Positions 62,125 to 64,000 of a stretch of 64,000 nucleotides of DNA are shown here, piece after piece. Location: NCBI RefSeq assembly GCF_963921235.1, contig NC_086109.1:37078001-37142000 (forward strand), in the 5' to 3' direction. A model generated the notes under the pieces. It worked only from the letters and a program-made list of their open reading frames with translations, ran no database searches and was not told where the DNA came from. Positions within the stretch are counted from its first letter, which is position 1. Each line of letters opens with the position of its first letter. This stretch comes from Mobula hypostoma (Eukaryota). A program made the position numbers and the translations under genes.

Positions 62125-63900
62125 GGACTTCTTCTGTTCTACATTGCTTCTGAACTTCTTCTGTTCTACATTGACAACTACATTGGTGCTGCTTCATGCT
62201 CCTTTGCTGAGCTTGTCGTTTTCATTAACTTTACCTTCAATTTCTACCCTTCCCTTAAATTTGCTTAGTTCATTTCTGACATTTCTCTCACCTTTTTCGA
62301 TCTCCCTGTCTCCATCTCTGGAGCCAACTATCTAACGATATATTTTTATAAACCTAACAATTCCCACAGCTACCTTGACCATACCTCTTCCCATCCTGTC
62401 TCCTGTGAAAATGCCGTTCTCCTTTCTCATTTCTTTTGACTCCACCGCATCTGTTCCCAAGATGTGGCTTTTCTTTCAAGGACATTGGAGATGTTCTTCT
62501 TCAAAGAATGGGATTTCGACTACTCCACCAATGATGCTGCCCTCACCCACATCTAGTCCACTTCCTGAACATCTGCACTCACCACGACTTCCCGCCACCT
62601 TAACAAGGATAAAGTTCCTCTTGTCCTCACCTAACACCGCATGAGCCTCCGGATCGATTACATCATTCTGTGCAACTTCTGCCATCTTCAACAGTTTCCT
62701 ACCACAATATATGCCTCTACCTCTCCCCTACTCTCTGCTTTCCACAGGGACTGATCCCTCCATGATTCCCTTGTCTATTCATCCATCACCAACTATCTCC
62801 CTCCTGATGCTTATTCCTGTAAATGGCGTAAGTGCTACCCCTGCCCACTCACCTCCTCTCTCACTTCCATTCAGAGCCCTAAACAGTTCTTCCAAGTGAG
62901 GCAACATTTCACATAATTCTGATAGGGTCGTCTACTCTATCTGGTGTATCTGAAGCAGCCTTTTCTACATTGGTGGGATATGATATAGACCTGCTTCTGC
63001 ACCAACCGCAAAATTAGAAATTCCCAGTGGCCAACCATTTTGTTTCCAATCCCCTTTCCCATTCCGGCATGTTGGTCCGTGCCATCCTCTCCTGCCACAA
63101 TGAGGCTACTCTCAGGTTGAAGGAGTAACATTTCATATGGCACGGTTGAATGGTGGAGTGCCACTGTAGCACAGAGGATAGCACGGTAGCGTAGTGGTTA
63201 GCACAGCACTTTACAGTGCAGGTGATACCAGTTCAATTCCCACTGCTGCCTGTAAGGAGTTTGAACCTCTTCCAGTGGTTTTCATCCTGAGGCTCTGGTT
63301 TCTTCCCACAGTCCAAAGATGTACCAGCTGGTAGGCTAATTTGGTCATTGGGAGTCATCCCGTGATTAGGCTGGGTTAAATTGAGGGTTGCTGGACAGTG
63401 TGGCTCAAAGAATCAGAAAGGCCTATTCCGCACTGTATCTCAATAAATAAATAATTAAAATATTCCATCTCGGTAGCCTTCAAACTGATGCATGAACATC
63501 GACTTCTCCAACTTCCGGTAATTTTATGCCACTAACCCCTTTCTTTTACTTCAGTTCCCCACTCTGGCCACTTACCTCTTCTCCTCGCCTGCCTATCTTC
63601 CCTCCTACTTCCCTTAGTCCCATGGCCCACTCTCCTTTCTTAGTAGATTCCTTTTTCACCAGCCCTTTATATTTTTCACCTATCACCCCCCAGCTTCTTA
63701 CTTCCTCCCCCATTCCCCCACCCACCTGGCTTCACCTGTCACCTTCTAGCTTGTTCTCCTTTCCTTCCCCTTCTTATTCTGGCACCTACCCCTTCCTTTC
63801 CAGTTTTGGTGAAAGCTCTTGGCTTGAAACATCAACTATTTATTTCCTTAGAGGCTGCCTGGTCTGCTGAGTTCCTCTGGCATTTTGTATGTATTGCTTG
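62125..63900 (+). mobile_element. Decayed Penelope-like element (RT to terminal repeat)
   Basis: Reads FYIDNYIG (YIDD-like) and HSYLDHTSSHP.SC.NA. Colinear with 40785-41988. Confidence 0.8.
63176..63455 (+). mobile_element. V-SINE (HE1-like) inserted in Penelope element
   Basis: A-box TAGCGTAGTGG, B-box AGTTCAATTCC and (AATA)n tail. Homologous to 46232-46505. Confidence 0.85.
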
Positions 63901-64000
63901 TTTTTAAACAATTTGCTTGGAACAAATATTTTTCAGTATTTGTAATTAGCTCCTTTTTTAAAAGTAGCTCAATTTATTGATAGTAGAATAGGCTTTTGTT

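Noticed and set aside
62126..62175. Short duplication ACTTCTTCTGTTCTACATTG x2
   Set aside because: A minor local duplication at the 5' junction of a decayed Penelope element, with no further structure.

Overview
This is eukaryotic DNA, most likely from a cartilaginous fish (ray or shark). That inference rests on the HER1/CR1-type LINEs, the HE1/V-SINE-type SINEs and the Penelope terminal repeats. The window is almost entirely transposable elements, and no host gene can be called with confidence. It contains many CR1/HER1 LINE fragments (two very young, near-identical copies), Rex1/Babar LINEs, two I-group (Nimb-like) LINE insertions, and Penelope-like elements whose terminal repeats carry minimal hammerhead-ribozyme motifs. 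It also has V-SINEs, Tc1-type MITEs, several solo LTRs and one old full-length Gypsy element (about 21.6-34.3 kb, minus strand) holding a four-level nest. The most striking structure lies inside that nest. Two Nimb-like elements sit head-to-tail at the same nucleotide (GAAGCT|) of an LTR-type element. The second is a TSD-flanked chimera: LINE 5' end and ORF1, then a foreign coiled-coil-coding cargo with a perfect 68-bp palindrome and 34-bp tandem repeats, then a 77-bp LINE tail. A 266-bp foldback Penelope derivative with three tandem hammerhead-like units is also notable. Family names come from motif recognition by eye, not database searches, and the boundaries of old elements are approximate.
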